DNA of 64,000 nucleotides, taken from NCBI GenBank assembly GCA_051362555.1, contig CM120643.1, positions 5,270,001-5,334,000 of the forward strand, in the 5' to 3' direction. Shown in pieces: positions 14,163 through 29,400 of this stretch; positions within the stretch are counted from its first letter, which is position 1; the number at the start of each line of letters is the position of its first letter. This stretch comes from Lingula anatina. Taxonomy: Eukaryota > Animalia > Brachiopoda. A program made the translations under genes and the position numbers. The notes beneath the pieces were generated by a model, which worked only from the letters and a program-made list of their open reading frames with translations, was not told the DNA's origin and ran no database searches.

Positions 14163-17100
14163 TATTTATTTATTAATTTATTTTTATTTTATTTTATTTA
14201 TTTTATTTTTTTTTTTTTTTTGCATAATTTTGGTGACGTTCGCCCCATAACTTCCAAATCATATTTTTGTTTTACTTTAAATTTACTGAGTGGCTTTGTT
14301 TGGCAAAGAAGTAGGTTGCTTTCAAAAATCGGATGAAATTTTGGGTTCTGAGAAAAATTTATATTTGTCTCTTACCTTACAGGAACCTTGACCATATTTT
14401 ATAATAAGGAACTGATTGTTACTTAATTATGTAAAGATTTTATGTCTTGCACAGTAGGTGACTGTGTTTGTGCACCCATGCATATTTATTTCATGGATAG
14501 ATTTAACTTTTTTCTCCTTGATCCACATTAAGAAGTGTAATGTTGTTTTTGTAGCTAAAAGTTCCCCAACATCGGAAAGGATGAAAGAAACTGTCAAAGG
14601 AAATGAAGAGGCAGTACAGTTATCTGAAGCTCCCATGTACAGCCCTGCTGCGAATGAATTTGTAGACCCCATAGATTTCATTGAAGCCATCAAGCCAAAT
14701 GCTGAACAACAGGGGATGTGCAAAATAATACCACCTCAAGAGGTCTGGAAGGTAATATAACCAAATCATTTTCTTTTTCCACTGATGTAATTGTATATGA
14801 ATGCATTTTCTTAAAAAAGTGAGTGTCACTTTGCAAAAAACACCTAATGCAAAGAATTCTGAAAAAAGGATAATTTCCTTGTATCGTAGCTTATTCAGTG
14901 CTTATTTGACTCTAGTGGGCATTGGCATTGCACAGGTACTAGAAGGAAGAATATATTACAAAGACTACAACTAAAAGTTTAAGTTAAGCCACGGTTACAA
15001 CCGGACGCACGGATTTTTGGATCATACGTCCCCTGCGAATTTTGCGTGCAGTAGAAGCCGTGGAGGTCGTAGAGGTAGATGAAAGTCTGCCTTGCAAGTT
15101 GCAAGGGCCAAATGAGATATCCTTTTAAGCAGGAACGCTAACTGCAAGGTGCAGGGGCCGTGGAAATTGTACTCATTTCTTGAATTTGTCTTGCTACCTG
15201 CATACGTGGCACGCATGCACCACTATTGAAGAGAAAGCAACGCACGGCCAAAGTAGTTCCATTTTGCTTCACACTTGCCTCACACACTTGTGATGAAGTA
15301 CTAACTGTGCACGTCAGTTTTGCCTACTGTTCTCCCCTTCTTTCTTCTTCTTTCTCCCTTCTTTCCTGCTCTCTGAGTTTTTTTTTTCTTGTCTTTTGGA
15401 GGCATATTAGAAGCTGAATTAAGCAAAATTCGAAATTTTTGAAAATTGTTGGACAGGTTGCATGATCTTCGTTAATTTTCGAGACACGACCGTGCATCGT
15501 GAGTATATATTCTCCTGGCATAGGGGTGATGCACCTGCGGCGCACTTCCGCGGTGCTTTCGACTTTGATCGTTAATTGTGAGGGCGTGCGCCGTACTCAA
15601 CATGCAAAAGGCACTTGCTCCTTCATTGCTTGAGACTTGCGTCTTGGACCATGCATGTCTCACTTGCGAACTCCTTGTGAGTGAAGCAAGGTTCTCTTGT
15701 GGCCTCGCTGTTTGCAGATTATTCGTAGAATCTTTTGGACATGTCCAACATCCTCCGTACATGTATACGGGCTGTCTGCGAACTCCAAATTTCGCAAGAG
15801 AGACTTGCGTTGCACGTGAGATTTTGTGCAAAATTTGGACGCAAACAGGCCATAAAAGCCCGCATGGCCGGTTGTGACCAAGGCTTTATAAAAAAATTGA
15901 GTGACTTTTGGCTTTACATATCATCTCATATCATCATCAACAAAATATATGCCACAAACTTTTTATATTTTTTAACGGATGTTAAAAATGACCTCTTGAT
16001 TACTGCCAAACGTGACATAGAAAGCTGTATGTACAGCTTGTAGGAGTTTTGACATCAGGCAGTGATGTTGTTCTAGAAATTCTGGATCGACCTAACTCCC
16101 TGGGGGTTCACGTTAAATTGCTGTCACCTTCCGAGAGCCGAGCACGCACAAAAGTTAATTACACCCTTACAGCTTTTAGTAGGCGAGACAGACATTAAAG
16201 CCGGTCAGGCTGACAGCAATCTGGTGAGACTCCCCAGGAGGATAGATCGATCTAAATATCTGTGGGAATGGTCTTCTACGCTACATTTCAACAGGCTGAA
16301 CACAATTTTTGCCCAAGGAAAGTGCTTTACACATAATAACTTCTTGAAAAGTCTGATTCTCTGTTCCTTTTAAGACTGCAAGGTTTTACAGTAACAGCGT
16401 AATAACAAAAATGTACATATGGAAGTACGTACCAAAAAATTGTTTTCCATTTTATTTCAGCCTGAGTGTAAAGTACGGGATGATATGAGATTTGTGTACC
16501 AAATCCAACATGTGCACAAAATGTATAAGCGGTAAGTTATTAACTATGTATGTGAAATACTCCAGTTGTTCATAACATTTGACTGGGCATGCATTTTCCC
16601 TTAATTCACGACGCTGTCTGTAGCTATCACAAGCTATTACTGGAGTTGTGTGTACTGCTTGGGTCCAACTTAAAGATCATACCATTTCAATATTTTATAA
16701 CACAGACTTAATGTAGAACACAAGGCGTTGTATCTCTTAGTAAAGGTAAGTTGCAATCTTACTTAAATTAATTAACCTGTATATTTTATATGCATTGTCA
16801 AATATTATATCATATGACAAAGGTTAATTATTGAGTAAACAAAAGGGGCTGACAGGCGACAGTCAGGGAAAGAGTTACAAAATTGCGGAGACTTCACAAC
16901 ATTTACATATGCAAATACTTCACAGATTGTGGAAAAATTAGTGGATCATGAATAAAACTGACTGGTCATTCTATGTCTGGGGGCTTGATCCATTTGTTTA
17001 GGTAATATATATGTTTAAAATGTTATGTCCTAATTCAAACCCTAGCTTAATTATTTAAGCTTTCCTAAATTGAGTGAATAAGTTGAGTACATGTATTATG

Positions 17101-20100
17101 GGTTCACTACAACTAGTAGAAAAACAAATGAAAAATAAACTGATAAAAAAACTTATATTGACACTAATGGCTTTTGTTAATGTGAATAACAATTAAACCA
17201 ATATCTGTGGAATTGAAACATACCTGACACTTGTATTGTGCCCTATTTCAATTACCGAAGTTGTTCATTAATGAGCAGTTTGTGCTAGGAATGGTGGGAT
17301 AGCTTGAAGTAATTGGGACTCGAGTTGTGAGCAAGCTAGAAGTGGATTTTCCAACTGCATGGTTAAATAAGGATAGGCCTCTTTTGGTATTTTAATTAGA
17401 GAATACTAGTAGAAATACAGTAGTAGAGAATACTAGTAGAAATACAGTAATAGAGAATACTAGTAGAAATACAGTAGTAGGGAATACTAGTAGAAATACA
17501 GTAGTAAGGAATACTAGTAGAAATACAGGGTACATTATATGGAAGCATGTAACATGCTTGAAGGTGGAAATATTTCAGACATAATTTTCAAACAAAGTTG
17601 GTTCATCAATCAACAGTGTGAAAGAAATTCACAAAAAGGTTCTTTGTGTTTTTGTGAATAGTTGTCATTTGCATTTAATGAATGTAAACAACCTGATATG
17701 TTCTTATCTTAATACTGAAGTTGTAACAATGTGCAATGTTTCATGCTTTTTATTTCCCTAATTTGAACAGTTTTTAGTTGATTTAACACCAAGTTGACAT
17801 AAATTTTTCATAGCATCAAACTAGTAGGCCTACCTATGACATCAGGGTACAAACTAATTAATATCATGACAAAGACAATGTTCTGAGAACCTCTTGCTTT
17901 AATAATATTAAGTCACTGTAGGAAGAGAATTTAAGGTAAAAAAAACACAAATATGATAGGAAGATAAGACTCGAGCTAAAATTTATTTCGGGACTATTGA
18001 CAATGTTATCAATTTGATGTTGGGGGAAAACACTTCAGACTGGTAGCTAAGATCCAATCTGACCAGAGTGACAAACTAATACAATATATTGCATTAACAT
18101 TGACAGTGCACATTGTAGGGTTTTTGTCAATTATGATGCAATATTACACAACTGTTACCTGCATGTTGCCATCTCATAATTATGTGACATTGCTAATGTG
18201 AACTTTTAGAAACTGTATCTTGCACAGGGCACTAGACCTGTGGGAGTAGAAAATGAAATTTTTACCCCCAAAAAATGATAAATCGGCCATTAATCCTAGC
18301 AAGATAAATAATCAATTGAAAATATAAAAGAGTGCTTTAGAAGATATGATGAAGATGGTAAACAAAAATAGCCTGTCTTATAGTCCAGTCATATGTTGTA
18401 ATTCTACTTTTCTATTACAGGTGGGGTCCTAATGTCCAGCATGTGGAGTGTATAAAAAGACAGCTAGAGGCTCAGGGTGGAGGGATGGAGCATCCACCAA
18501 ACGTATGTAATGATCCTTATCTTTCTTTTTCTGCTCCCTCTCCTGCCCACAATAAATAAATGAATGAGTGAAAAATAGAAAAGTGTGTATAATTAAATTT
18601 TATATATAATATTATGAAACCAATGGGCAGGTATGACATTGCAGATTGCTATCAATGATTAAAGCAATAATAACTCTTCCTTTGAGATTCAAAATTCCGC
18701 AAGAAATACATTCTAAACAACACATGGAAATATATTATATTGCATTTCACCACTAAAACGGCTGTTATTTTAGTAAAACTAAAAACTGTGCTTGTCAATA
18801 GGGCTTTCGGTGCCTTTTTTCCCGGTCATCAAGGCATTCGTTGCCAAGGATTTTGGCACATCACGCGGATTCTCGCGTGCAGTCGAGACCAAAATAACAC
18901 AGGCGCATGACACAATCCTCAGACGTAAGTTGCGAGTTTTTGTACAGTGTGTCGGATAACGAAAAGCCCAGAACTGCACACGTTGTGAATATGAGCAATT
19001 AAGACGATTATATCGTATGAATCTTATTTTATTGCAATAAAGTGTTGTTATTGTCTGCTTTTCCCGCGGTTTTAAGTAGGTCATCAGAAAACCCCGCTCG
19101 ATATGCTATGTTTAGATAGGGCTCCGTCAGTTAAAATCACTTAAGAGATTTTAACAAAAAACCGTACTTTTGGGAAAAAAACCCTGGATTAACTTTGAAT
19201 GCAGGAATGGGGTCGCTGACCATTGGTGAGTATGGGAAAATTGCCGTTTACTCCAGGAAAATCCAATTTTTGGCCAAAACGAAGAGTTATTATGACTTTA
19301 AGCATAGTTTTCAAGTCAGTCACCCTTGGCCTATTATAAGAACTGATAATAATCCTCAAAACCAACAAAAAATTCCTCTGACATACATTTCTAGCTAAAA
19401 GACTTCAGAAAATTCACATTTTTACTCTTCACGTAATATTCTTATCATTCAAAATGCAACATGCATGGCATAAAATTCCAAAACAGTGGCAATGAACACC
19501 TCCGTCGTAAAGTTAAACAAGGGATAACGTACACATGACTTAAATTTTTGCTGATTTACCATCCCAAATGTTCTTTTCCTAGTCACATAAAGCAATGTAG
19601 ATTTGTTTAGTGTGAAAAATACCTCACAACAATTATATTTGCCAGTTGCAATCAGTGTATTATATGCTCCCCTAACATCCAAAAAAGAGCTCTTCGCATT
19701 ATGTAGTCTGAACTTTCATCAGTAAATTTTCTATAATGAAATCTCGGTGTACTTACTTGTTCAAAAAATGTTTAATGAGTCACACAACTGCACAAGATTA
19801 ATTATTATTAGTTATTAATAATTTCAAATAACAGTAATGTCATGGTATATTCACAATGTAAAGCTTTTGTTAGACTAATCTTGGGCTGTGCATAATGTCA
19901 TCTTTGGATTTTATACTGAAAAATTTGTACATACTCTAGAATGATTCACAAACACTTTCTGGTAGAGGAATTTTGACAAGCAGCTGCCACGAATCTGTGA
20001 CTTATCTTTTCATAAATTGATAATGACTATTCTGCTTAACAGGTTGGTGGAATAGAGCTGGACTTGTCCCGCCTGCAACAGGCCATACAGAGCTTTGGAG

Positions 20101-23100
20101 GCATGCAGACAGTCCTGGCCAAGAATATACTGCCCAAAGTCTGTGATGCTCTCAACATTCCACGTATGGTATGAACCTGCATCAATATTTTGAACACTGA
20201 AATATTTGTGTGGTGACTAGTATGTTTTTTAAGCTTTTTTTATGTTCATTCTTTTAGTATCATCCTTATGTAGATAGAAGATTGAATAACTAACATCAAT
20301 TACCTATTGCAGAAATATAAGTGTGATGACAAAAAAATCTGACAAATTTTGCGTCAATCTACTTAAATATTCATCAAGTTATTTTTGATATCTATGTTAA
20401 AAAATTATTGAATTAAATTTTAAATTATTAATAAACTTTGCAGGATAATATACCTTAGACAAAATAAACTTTGAACTGTAATACTTTATAATTATTTCTG
20501 TTATCATGATACGATCAGGTCTTGTCTTACTGACGTTTTGTTTGTTCTAGGCCTTGGACCGTATGTCAAGACTATATGATGCTTATTGTAAGTACCTCGT
20601 ACCTTATGACACTTTGACTACTGAGGAAAAAGAGAAGCTTGACCAACAAGTGTCCATGATGAGACAGAAAAAGAAAAGAGTAGAAGATGACTGTGTTTTA
20701 AAGGTGAATTGTTAATTGAAATATTTTACTGGTGACTCTGATACCTCTAAATATGTTGATGGCATTGCTCTTATCATATTTTTTACAGTAATTGCTCTCC
20801 AGACCAATTACAAACTGCAGTAACAGAAATCTTCCTATGGTCACAAGAACACAACAGTCCATGTATTCCAAAAAAACAAAGTCAATTAGGTTTGATTTCT
20901 CAAAACCTAGTCATAAACTCCCAACTAATAACGATTGATGGAAAAAAAAACAAAGACAAAGTGAATTCTGCTATAATCCTGGGCCTTAATTTAAGCCAGG
21001 ATTAGATTTAGGAAACCCATGTAAATCATTTACACAAAAACTAGCCAGAGACTATATTTTTTCAGAATTTAAAAAGAGAATGCATTCCTCGACTCATGAG
21101 TAACTGAAAATATATGTCTTTATTAAGACCTACCTTATAATATGCTATGCAAGTGGGGCATCCTGGACTGACCAAGTTCCAAACCAAAAATCTAAAATTG
21201 AAGCCGTTCAGAAAAGGTTTTCCAAGATACTATATCAAGATACTATATCCAGAAATCTCTTGATGCCTTAAAAATGACAACGCAGGCATTATCACTGATG
21301 TCAATTTTAGATGTCATGAAATATTTGAAAGTATATGTATGGAACGACATAAACTGAACCAGTTATTGTCAAAAGTGAAAGAGCATTCACACACCCTAAG
21401 ACACTCAAAATTTTCATACTCCATAACTTGGAACTGCTGTGGGCAAAGACTTTTGTCCCATGGACCCATAAATATTTAAATGTATAAATTTACTTGCATT
21501 GGTTAAGGAAATTGATTGATTGTACATTTTAATCATTGAATTCTTATTTCATTTTTAGTCAGGTCTCATAAATGATAATTGCCGTTTCCGAGCACGAGCC
21601 TCAGATTCCCTAGTGCAAATGCCAATATTAACGAGCCCCACCTCAGATTAACAAGCACAACGTAAAGTTACCAAGCACAAACTTAGCATTTCCAAGCACT
21701 ATCAATATGTCCAGCTTCCATCGGGGCCCCCGGCTGCTTACATACGGGTTATTTTTATCAACTCAGGACTATTTTCAAGATGGCGGAAGATACAAGAGAC
21801 ATAACGGTGGAACTTTCAGAGATTTCTGGTCACAAACGAGTAATAATGAAAGAGAAAGCATTTTTAACGTTCACGCCACAACCAAATAAAGTGGCTAGAT
21901 CATTACTAACAAATTTTGAAGAGAATTGTCGTGATCATTCTAAGCATGGACTGTGTGAGCAGTGTGGTAAGATCATAGAAGCAGAGTGTTTTTGTGACGA
22001 GCACAGCATATGAAAATTCTCAAAACAAACAAAACTACTGCATTAGTATATTCCACTATCCATACCGCATATTAATACAGCAGCGATGCGTTCTTGACAA
22101 CCTTCGGCTCATACAGAACATAACAAATGGGTAGATAAGCGGATCAATGGCTAGTGCTTGGAAATGCTAAGTTAGTGCTCGTTAACTTAATGTTATGCTT
22201 GTTAATCTGAGGTGGGGCTAGTTAATATTGGCATTTACGCTTGGAAATCTGAGGCTCGTGCGAGGAAATGCCAAATCCGTTTATGAGGCCTGTTAGTGGT
22301 CAGTGTCATAATGTATTGTAGATGCTTTTATCACCTTCTCAAAGTGTATGTACAATTCAACTTATGGTTACAAGAATGAATATTATTATCCATCAGGGAC
22401 TTTTATTTTGAAGAAAAGCTGGACCTGAAAAGAGCCTGAGAGAGAAAATGAAAGCAAAATAGATTTAATTAGTTTGAGCTAATTTCTCAGTCATGCTGCT
22501 CTTATTACCAATGGTACTAAAGGTGAATATGAGCTGTGACTTTATTCCCCAAGCTTTGAATTAAGTATAAGATAGTTCCCAAAGGATATGATCCATAACA
22601 CGAGAGACTACAGCAAAAAGACTTACTGTAAACAGAAGATCACTGAGAATCCTGAAGGTCAAGGTATAATTTAATTTCTAAATGAAAAAGTGCAACACTT
22701 TGGATGTGTGGCTTTTTCTTTTGATTGATTTCATAGGTTGTAGCATTGCACTGATCTTTGTAGGATGTAATAAAGTCAGTAGTGGCTAATATTTTAGTTC
22801 CTAGTTCATCTTATTTAGCCTGTGTTGTCACTTAATAGTGAAGACAGGAGGCCCACCAATCATGGTATGGTCTAATGGCATAATCTACTGGCACCCAAGA
22901 GAAGAGCACAGTGGACCTGTCACATCAGTAACTAATGCCTTGCTGGGCTGCTGATTACTGTCTGGAGGCACTTTGAAGGGCAGTCATGAAGAGCAGCAAC
23001 TAAGGTGTAATAAAACTAATGATACAAATTATGCACAAAAAACAAGATACTGTGACCTATTAACAATTAATGTTATTTTATGAAGCTGATAAGCTAGTGT

Positions 23101-26100
23101 GTGCTATTAATAGACAGAAATCATGATAAAGAAACCATGTATAAGGCAAGTAACCTGTTTTAGACGTGTTATTTAGAGCATGTTTAAAGTAATTTGTTTT
23201 AAGATAAGCAGCAAAATGCTTAACAGTTGATAGGGAGACTATCAATTATACAGACACATAATATCAGGAGAGAGTTGATGCTTATTTCCTTGTTGCCTAC
23301 CTGTCTCTTGGTAGATTAATCCACTGTTACAAGAATCAAATGTTCCAAACACTGCAGTGATAGAATTAGAGTGCAATAGACTTCAAATGCACAAACAACT
23401 ATTATTTGAGAATGGATCTGTAGCCTTTTGTAATGATGCCAGTTATTATCCAATAAAATATTAAATAAAAATTATCTTAAAAGACAATTAATAAAAGTGA
23501 ATGAATTTGAATGACATTTGGTGCATTGAGAATAGATAAGATGCATTAAAGGTTTAATAACCATACTTGAAAATCTTGACCATTAATTTTTGAAGAGTAG
23601 TCAGTATCCAAGGTATGACTGTGTTTAAAGAATAATAGTTCTTAATTTAGAGGCAGTATATTTTCCAGTTATCTTTGCATTTAATTATTTGTTTATTTAA
23701 GAAAATGTTTAAAAGTATCCTGGAACTTAGAGAAGAAAGTAAAAATATTTTAAAATAAATAATTGATGGAAATTTATCATTGAATTTATTAAGTAAGAGT
23801 TTCATTAATGAATGTGAGTGTAAGGATCTTGTTTTTGTTTTATTTTGTATGATTGTTTATTTCTGGATTCTGATGAAAAAGTTTACTTTTATAATACTGA
23901 GTATGATTTTCTTTCAGGGAAAGTCCACCTCCCTTGGGAACTTTTATCGAGTTGCAAGAAATACTAAGCTGATGTGGTTTACTAAGGAAGAGCCATCCCC
24001 AGAGCAAGTAGAGGTAGGGGCTGTTTTTACTAAACCTGGATGAAATATATCTTTTCTCAGAAACTCTGCAAAACCCAGAAAATATCATCTAAATTAATCC
24101 TTTCAATGCAAAATAGGCTTTAACTTCAGAGAAATCAGTGCCCTGCAAAATACATTGATATTCTTTGCTGTCAAATCAGAGTGTTTGTGTCTTAGTTCAA
24201 CTGATACAATGATTTAAAAAGAGCTTACACAAAATCTCCATCTGTTTGTGAATTGTTACAAACTAGTTTGGAACAGCTATTCATTTTTCACTGAAAAGTT
24301 ATTGGTCAATTACTTTTGATTGATAAAATTTCCTCTATAGATGCCATTTAAATCTTTTTACTTAAGTGAAAATTTTGTCTGTGGTCTGCTCAGTTTCCTC
24401 ATTGTATATGAAAACTGACGTAAAGTATATTCTTACTTATAGTTTCATTTTATTGTTTTATCTAGAAATAGATGTCATTGAAATAAACCAAAACATTCAA
24501 CTTGATGGAGCAAAAACAAAATCAGATAAGGGGTAAACTGTGTGACTTTTAGCAGATTATATTGGCACTGAAGACAAATTTAGAATTAAAAACAGCTCAG
24601 ACTTAGTATTGAGGGATGTGCAGTAATTGTGAGAAAATGTGGATATCTGTTAGACAACTTGTAAATTTTATTTTATGGTCAAAATGAACAACATGCATGT
24701 GTATTGCACATTTGAGAAATTGACATAGTTGTCAAGAAAATTACACATATTTTAGGAGATATGTTATAAAGCAGAATAATTCTTCAGATATTGTTTTGCC
24801 ACATTTTTCATTTCATTGGTTCAAGTGTTTTGTAATTTTGTCATCAGTCCATCCTAATAATATAAGTCACCCCTGTGATTAGCACCCCACCCTCTCTCTC
24901 TCTCTCTCTCTGTCTCTCTCTGTCTCTCTTTACATTCTATTTAACATCCTGTCATTAATCCATTCTTAATTGCAAAGCTATACATTTGCGTTGGTTCCTT
25001 TATTATGTTCTTGATCTCAGTTTTTGTGTACAGACACATCATGACTACACAAATAGCCATCACCTGCACTTGCTGTCGTCGCTGTCATTGTTGTGCATTT
25101 CCAGTGATGAAACAATAAACCATTTGACCTGTTTTCTTGCAGAACTTACAGAACTGATGAATATTTATAAATCGGAAAAGATTTATAGGACTAAAACACA
25201 GATTAAGTTGGAAAACCAGCCAGATTCCAATCTTTTTCGGGAAGTTATGCAGTTATTTGCGAAATTTTCATTTTTGACATTTTGTGATTTTAAGCATAGG
25301 GACTTTGAACTCCCATGGGCATGAAGCCATATAGTACTTACATTTTCTGATTGCCCTTGTTACATATAGTAGTTACATAAAATTGGTGTAAGCCATGCTT
25401 TAAATCATTATGTAATATTGCATTAAAATTCACAAAAAGCACTATTTTCAGCACTGCCACCACAAACGCTATGAAAAAAAACTGTTATCTAGTATTTTGT
25501 AAGTTACAAGAATAATTCTTAGGATTGACATAGAGCTTGATTGGATTTTTATTTTCTGAAATTTTCCTGAAAGGCAGATATGACAAGGGGCTTGTGTGCA
25601 ATCTGAAAATATAGAGTCCTCATTGCCTCTGAATCTGAGGTTATGGTCTTAAAACAGTTTCTTCCTGCTCTTTGTTGACACACACTGCATGTATATGAAC
25701 ATGTCCACACTTGTGCATAAGCCTGTGTCAACAAAGTAAATTAGTGGAACTTCAGAATAGTAAGCTGGCAGGTCCACAAGAAAAAACCCTTAATCCTGTG
25801 AAATGATTAGACAAACAGGGAGCAGACTCATTTAATGAGCTTGTTCTCATACTCTGATATTATGAAACACAGTTCCTAATAAATCCAATCCTAAACATGA
25901 TCCCAATTTGATTTGTTGAGCCTTTATTGTGAAGCTGTAAAAGTTGACACTATTCATCTATTCCTTTTGTGTAATTCATCTGCATAGACAGGTAGCCATG
26001 ACTTGCTTCTTATGTTTCCTTCTTAATGATGGAAATATTGTAATTGTCTTCCATTTCATACTAAAAATGATAATGAAATTCCTTGGTAATGGACCTTACT

Positions 26101-26361
26101 CTGACCATGGCAGATCTGCAGACTGGTGTGGTGACTTCTTTTCTCACATAATTCTGGTGCCCAGAATGGATTTGAAGCATGTTAAAGTGGTCATCCATAT
26201 GCAGATAGAACCACTGGGATGTTTATTGTTTTTATTTATTTGTTATGCAGCATACAAAATACAATACTACAGAAGCTTACAGATAATACATTGTTGCATG
26301 GCTATCATAAGAGAAGACAAGAATACATTTATCCAAAAACAGTTTATACTGACACTCTCTC

Positions 26362-26427
<66 letters not shown>

Positions 26428-29400
26428 ATATTTAACAATGTCATGCTAAAAGTATTACTACAAATTTACAAAAAAAGCTGAGTAAAAAAATATTACTTAT
26501 CTATTATGTTATTATATCTATAAGTTTTGTCATATGCCATTTATATCTGCACATCCATGATACTGGGTAACAACTTTGGGACATGGGCATCAAAATATCA
26601 ACATGGTGCCATTTGAGTGTCATTTTCAGCTAAGAATTAAAAAGTTTAAAATACACAGCAGTGCTTGGAAACAAAATTGTTTATTATAATAAGACAAGCC
26701 CAGCCCACATGAAAGCACCCCCACTGTAATCCACCACATAGGAATATTTTGACAGACTTTCAGAGATGATAACTCATTGTTGGGATACTGTGGATGTGCA
26801 AATAGATTTGTCCATTTGACAGCTTTTTTGCATTTTGTGGGGTTATACTTTTGATAGATAGCAAATTTAAGTTTTTGCAAAGTTTTTACAAAGGGCTCTT
26901 GTACTATAATGAATTTTTATGCCCCATGGCAGCCTTGCACCAAATTTTGTACCTCTGTCTGCCATGTAAGATGGTTTGATAATTTGTGCAGCAAAGGAGC
27001 TCTACTAAATTAAATCTGGAATATATGACATATTGAAGTGAGTGGGTTGTTGGAAATTAGCAAATACTTCATGTAATGTTTGCTTGATTATTCTTATTTA
27101 GTTACAAGTAAAACGACAGATATTTCCTGTTTTGGTGTTGCATTTGGATATTGTAATTTTGTTGTAAAATCATGTAGGTCCAATCAATTTGCACCAGTTT
27201 GTCCCTTAATGTTTTATGGTTAGAGGCTTTTTCTGCAAATGGGTAATTTCAAGTGGTTGAAGGATATGAATTGGTTAGTATTCAAGTAATTACTCTAGAA
27301 CCCCATATTGTAACTATCTTCTAAAGTGCATAGAATAATTATGTAGAAAAATTGAATCTCAAGAGTAAAAAAGCAATAATTCTGTCAGGAAATAATTGCC
27401 AAGGAAGCATGGGATGCTGTTAGACCAGTTAGAATGTTGTTAATGTCACCAAGGGATGTTTGCTTCATGATAAATGAGATTCTGTGGCTTATTTTTATTT
27501 TATAGGAAATTGCCTGCATGTAATCTGGGCAGGACAAATTGTACACTCTTCTCACAGCAGAGCAAGAAAAAATGCACATTGATTTTATGAATCTAGCAGT
27601 GATTTCTTTAAAAAGCTGCAAAATATTTGACATAGGTACATGTTTATTATTTTTATTTTGCTTTGATAATGAAAATAAAAACAGTTAAGGCTATGTTATG
27701 TAGATATGTAAATATGTATGAATTGTTGAATTGTGCTAAGCCTATTTATTGCTATTTAGGTTGATTTATACACTGCATTTGTCTCTGTGTATGTAGTATT
27801 CGAAGGAAGCAAATTTTTTTAAAGATGCATATGGCAAGTAGTTACATACAACTATTGCCACTAAACCCTAACAAATGCCACTCTTGTGTTTCAAATAGTA
27901 TAACTTAATATAAAGACCTACCACAATGGTCCCTTATAATTACATAAATTCATGGAAAAGTGATATTTGCACATTTCTTACTTTCTGTGCTTTATTATGG
28001 ACAGGAAGGAAAATAGGTCAAATTTATGACCAGAAATTTGAAGGAGGTGCAGTTTTAAAGCTTTTTTTCTGATGCTGGAGAGATTTATTTCAGTTAGATT
28101 TTATTTGTGTTGTGTAAGATACTGGTACTATTAATTTATATACATTACATGGTATTTACACTCTCTACATATGAACATTTAGAAATATTAATGAAAATTG
28201 GTCATTATATGAAGAAAAATTTAAGACAGATTTGCTTAAGATTGAATGAGTCAAAAAGGAAGACGATTTTGGATCTATATGTCCACATCAAGGAAAGTAA
28301 AAGTCTGTTGGGTATTTTAGAATTTCTCCCTCATCCATTTAGGTAATGCAGAAATAAAGATTGTCATGTTATGAGATGTTGCTGTCACCTGAACAGCAAT
28401 CAAAACTATTTGAAAGGCTATTTAATCACAACAATAAATACCACTTACAAGTCAGTGCCAGGAAATTTTCTTTAGAGACTTCCTTCTAATATCAACTGCA
28501 GCAATGTAGTGCATTCATTTAATGGGACATCATGATTAGGGGCACATTCCTATGTAATAATAATAATAATAATTAAAAAACAATGTAAAAGAAATCAGTG
28601 GCACTGGATTGTAGCTCACACCCTAGTTGTCTACCATGCAAATTTTCATGATAATGTCTTACTTAATTATGTCAGAAAACAATCACTATATCTCACACCA
28701 TTCTACAGAGTAGCTGAATTGATGAGAAATGCTTTGGCACCTTGTGTGCAGAGGTGACCAGATGGCTTTATGGTTAGAGTTGGAGGACATAGGTTTGGCC
28801 TTCTCTGGGGTCATACCAGTTCTTTATAAATGGTATTGCTGCTGTCTCCTTTGTTCAGACAACTCTACATTCATAATTTTCCTAGGACATAGTATGTAAA
28901 TTGAAACTGGGTAATATTTATATTACTTTGTGTGGAAATTTGATTACCCTCTATATTGTAGTCAGACAGGAAATGGGAGACAAATGCATCAAAAATTGCC
29001 ATGCAAGGAAATTTGCTTCACAATCTTGTCTACCCAACAAAAGAAATAATTATTATAATAATGATCATGACTGCAGCCTCTATCTAGTTTACTTGCCAAT
29101 GCTGTTTATGAAGTCAAACAAAAACTTTTATATTCTAAAGATTGAAATATGCATTTTCAAAAAAATGGTGTGCCTTTTTGTATAAACTTGATATATCAAG
29201 GTTAAGATGCTTGTCTTAGCTAGTGTTAAAAAAAATTACTAATTCTTTTATGGTGTATTCCATAAAAATCTCAGTGTGCCTTGACAGCCAAAACTTTGTT
29301 TTAGAGTCAATGTTTTTATGTACAGACACAGATGTGTCTGTACATATTGCCATCACCTACGTCTGTCATCGCCGTTGTAGCCATCGTCACCAGTGTCGTT

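Noticed and set aside
15022-16043. Overlapping ORFs on both strands inside the MITE
   Set aside because: No transposase or other motif; explained by higher GC content.
28760-28855. Possible SINE remnant (ggtcatacc...taaatggta)
   Set aside because: Too short and degenerate; no clear A/B boxes or TSD.
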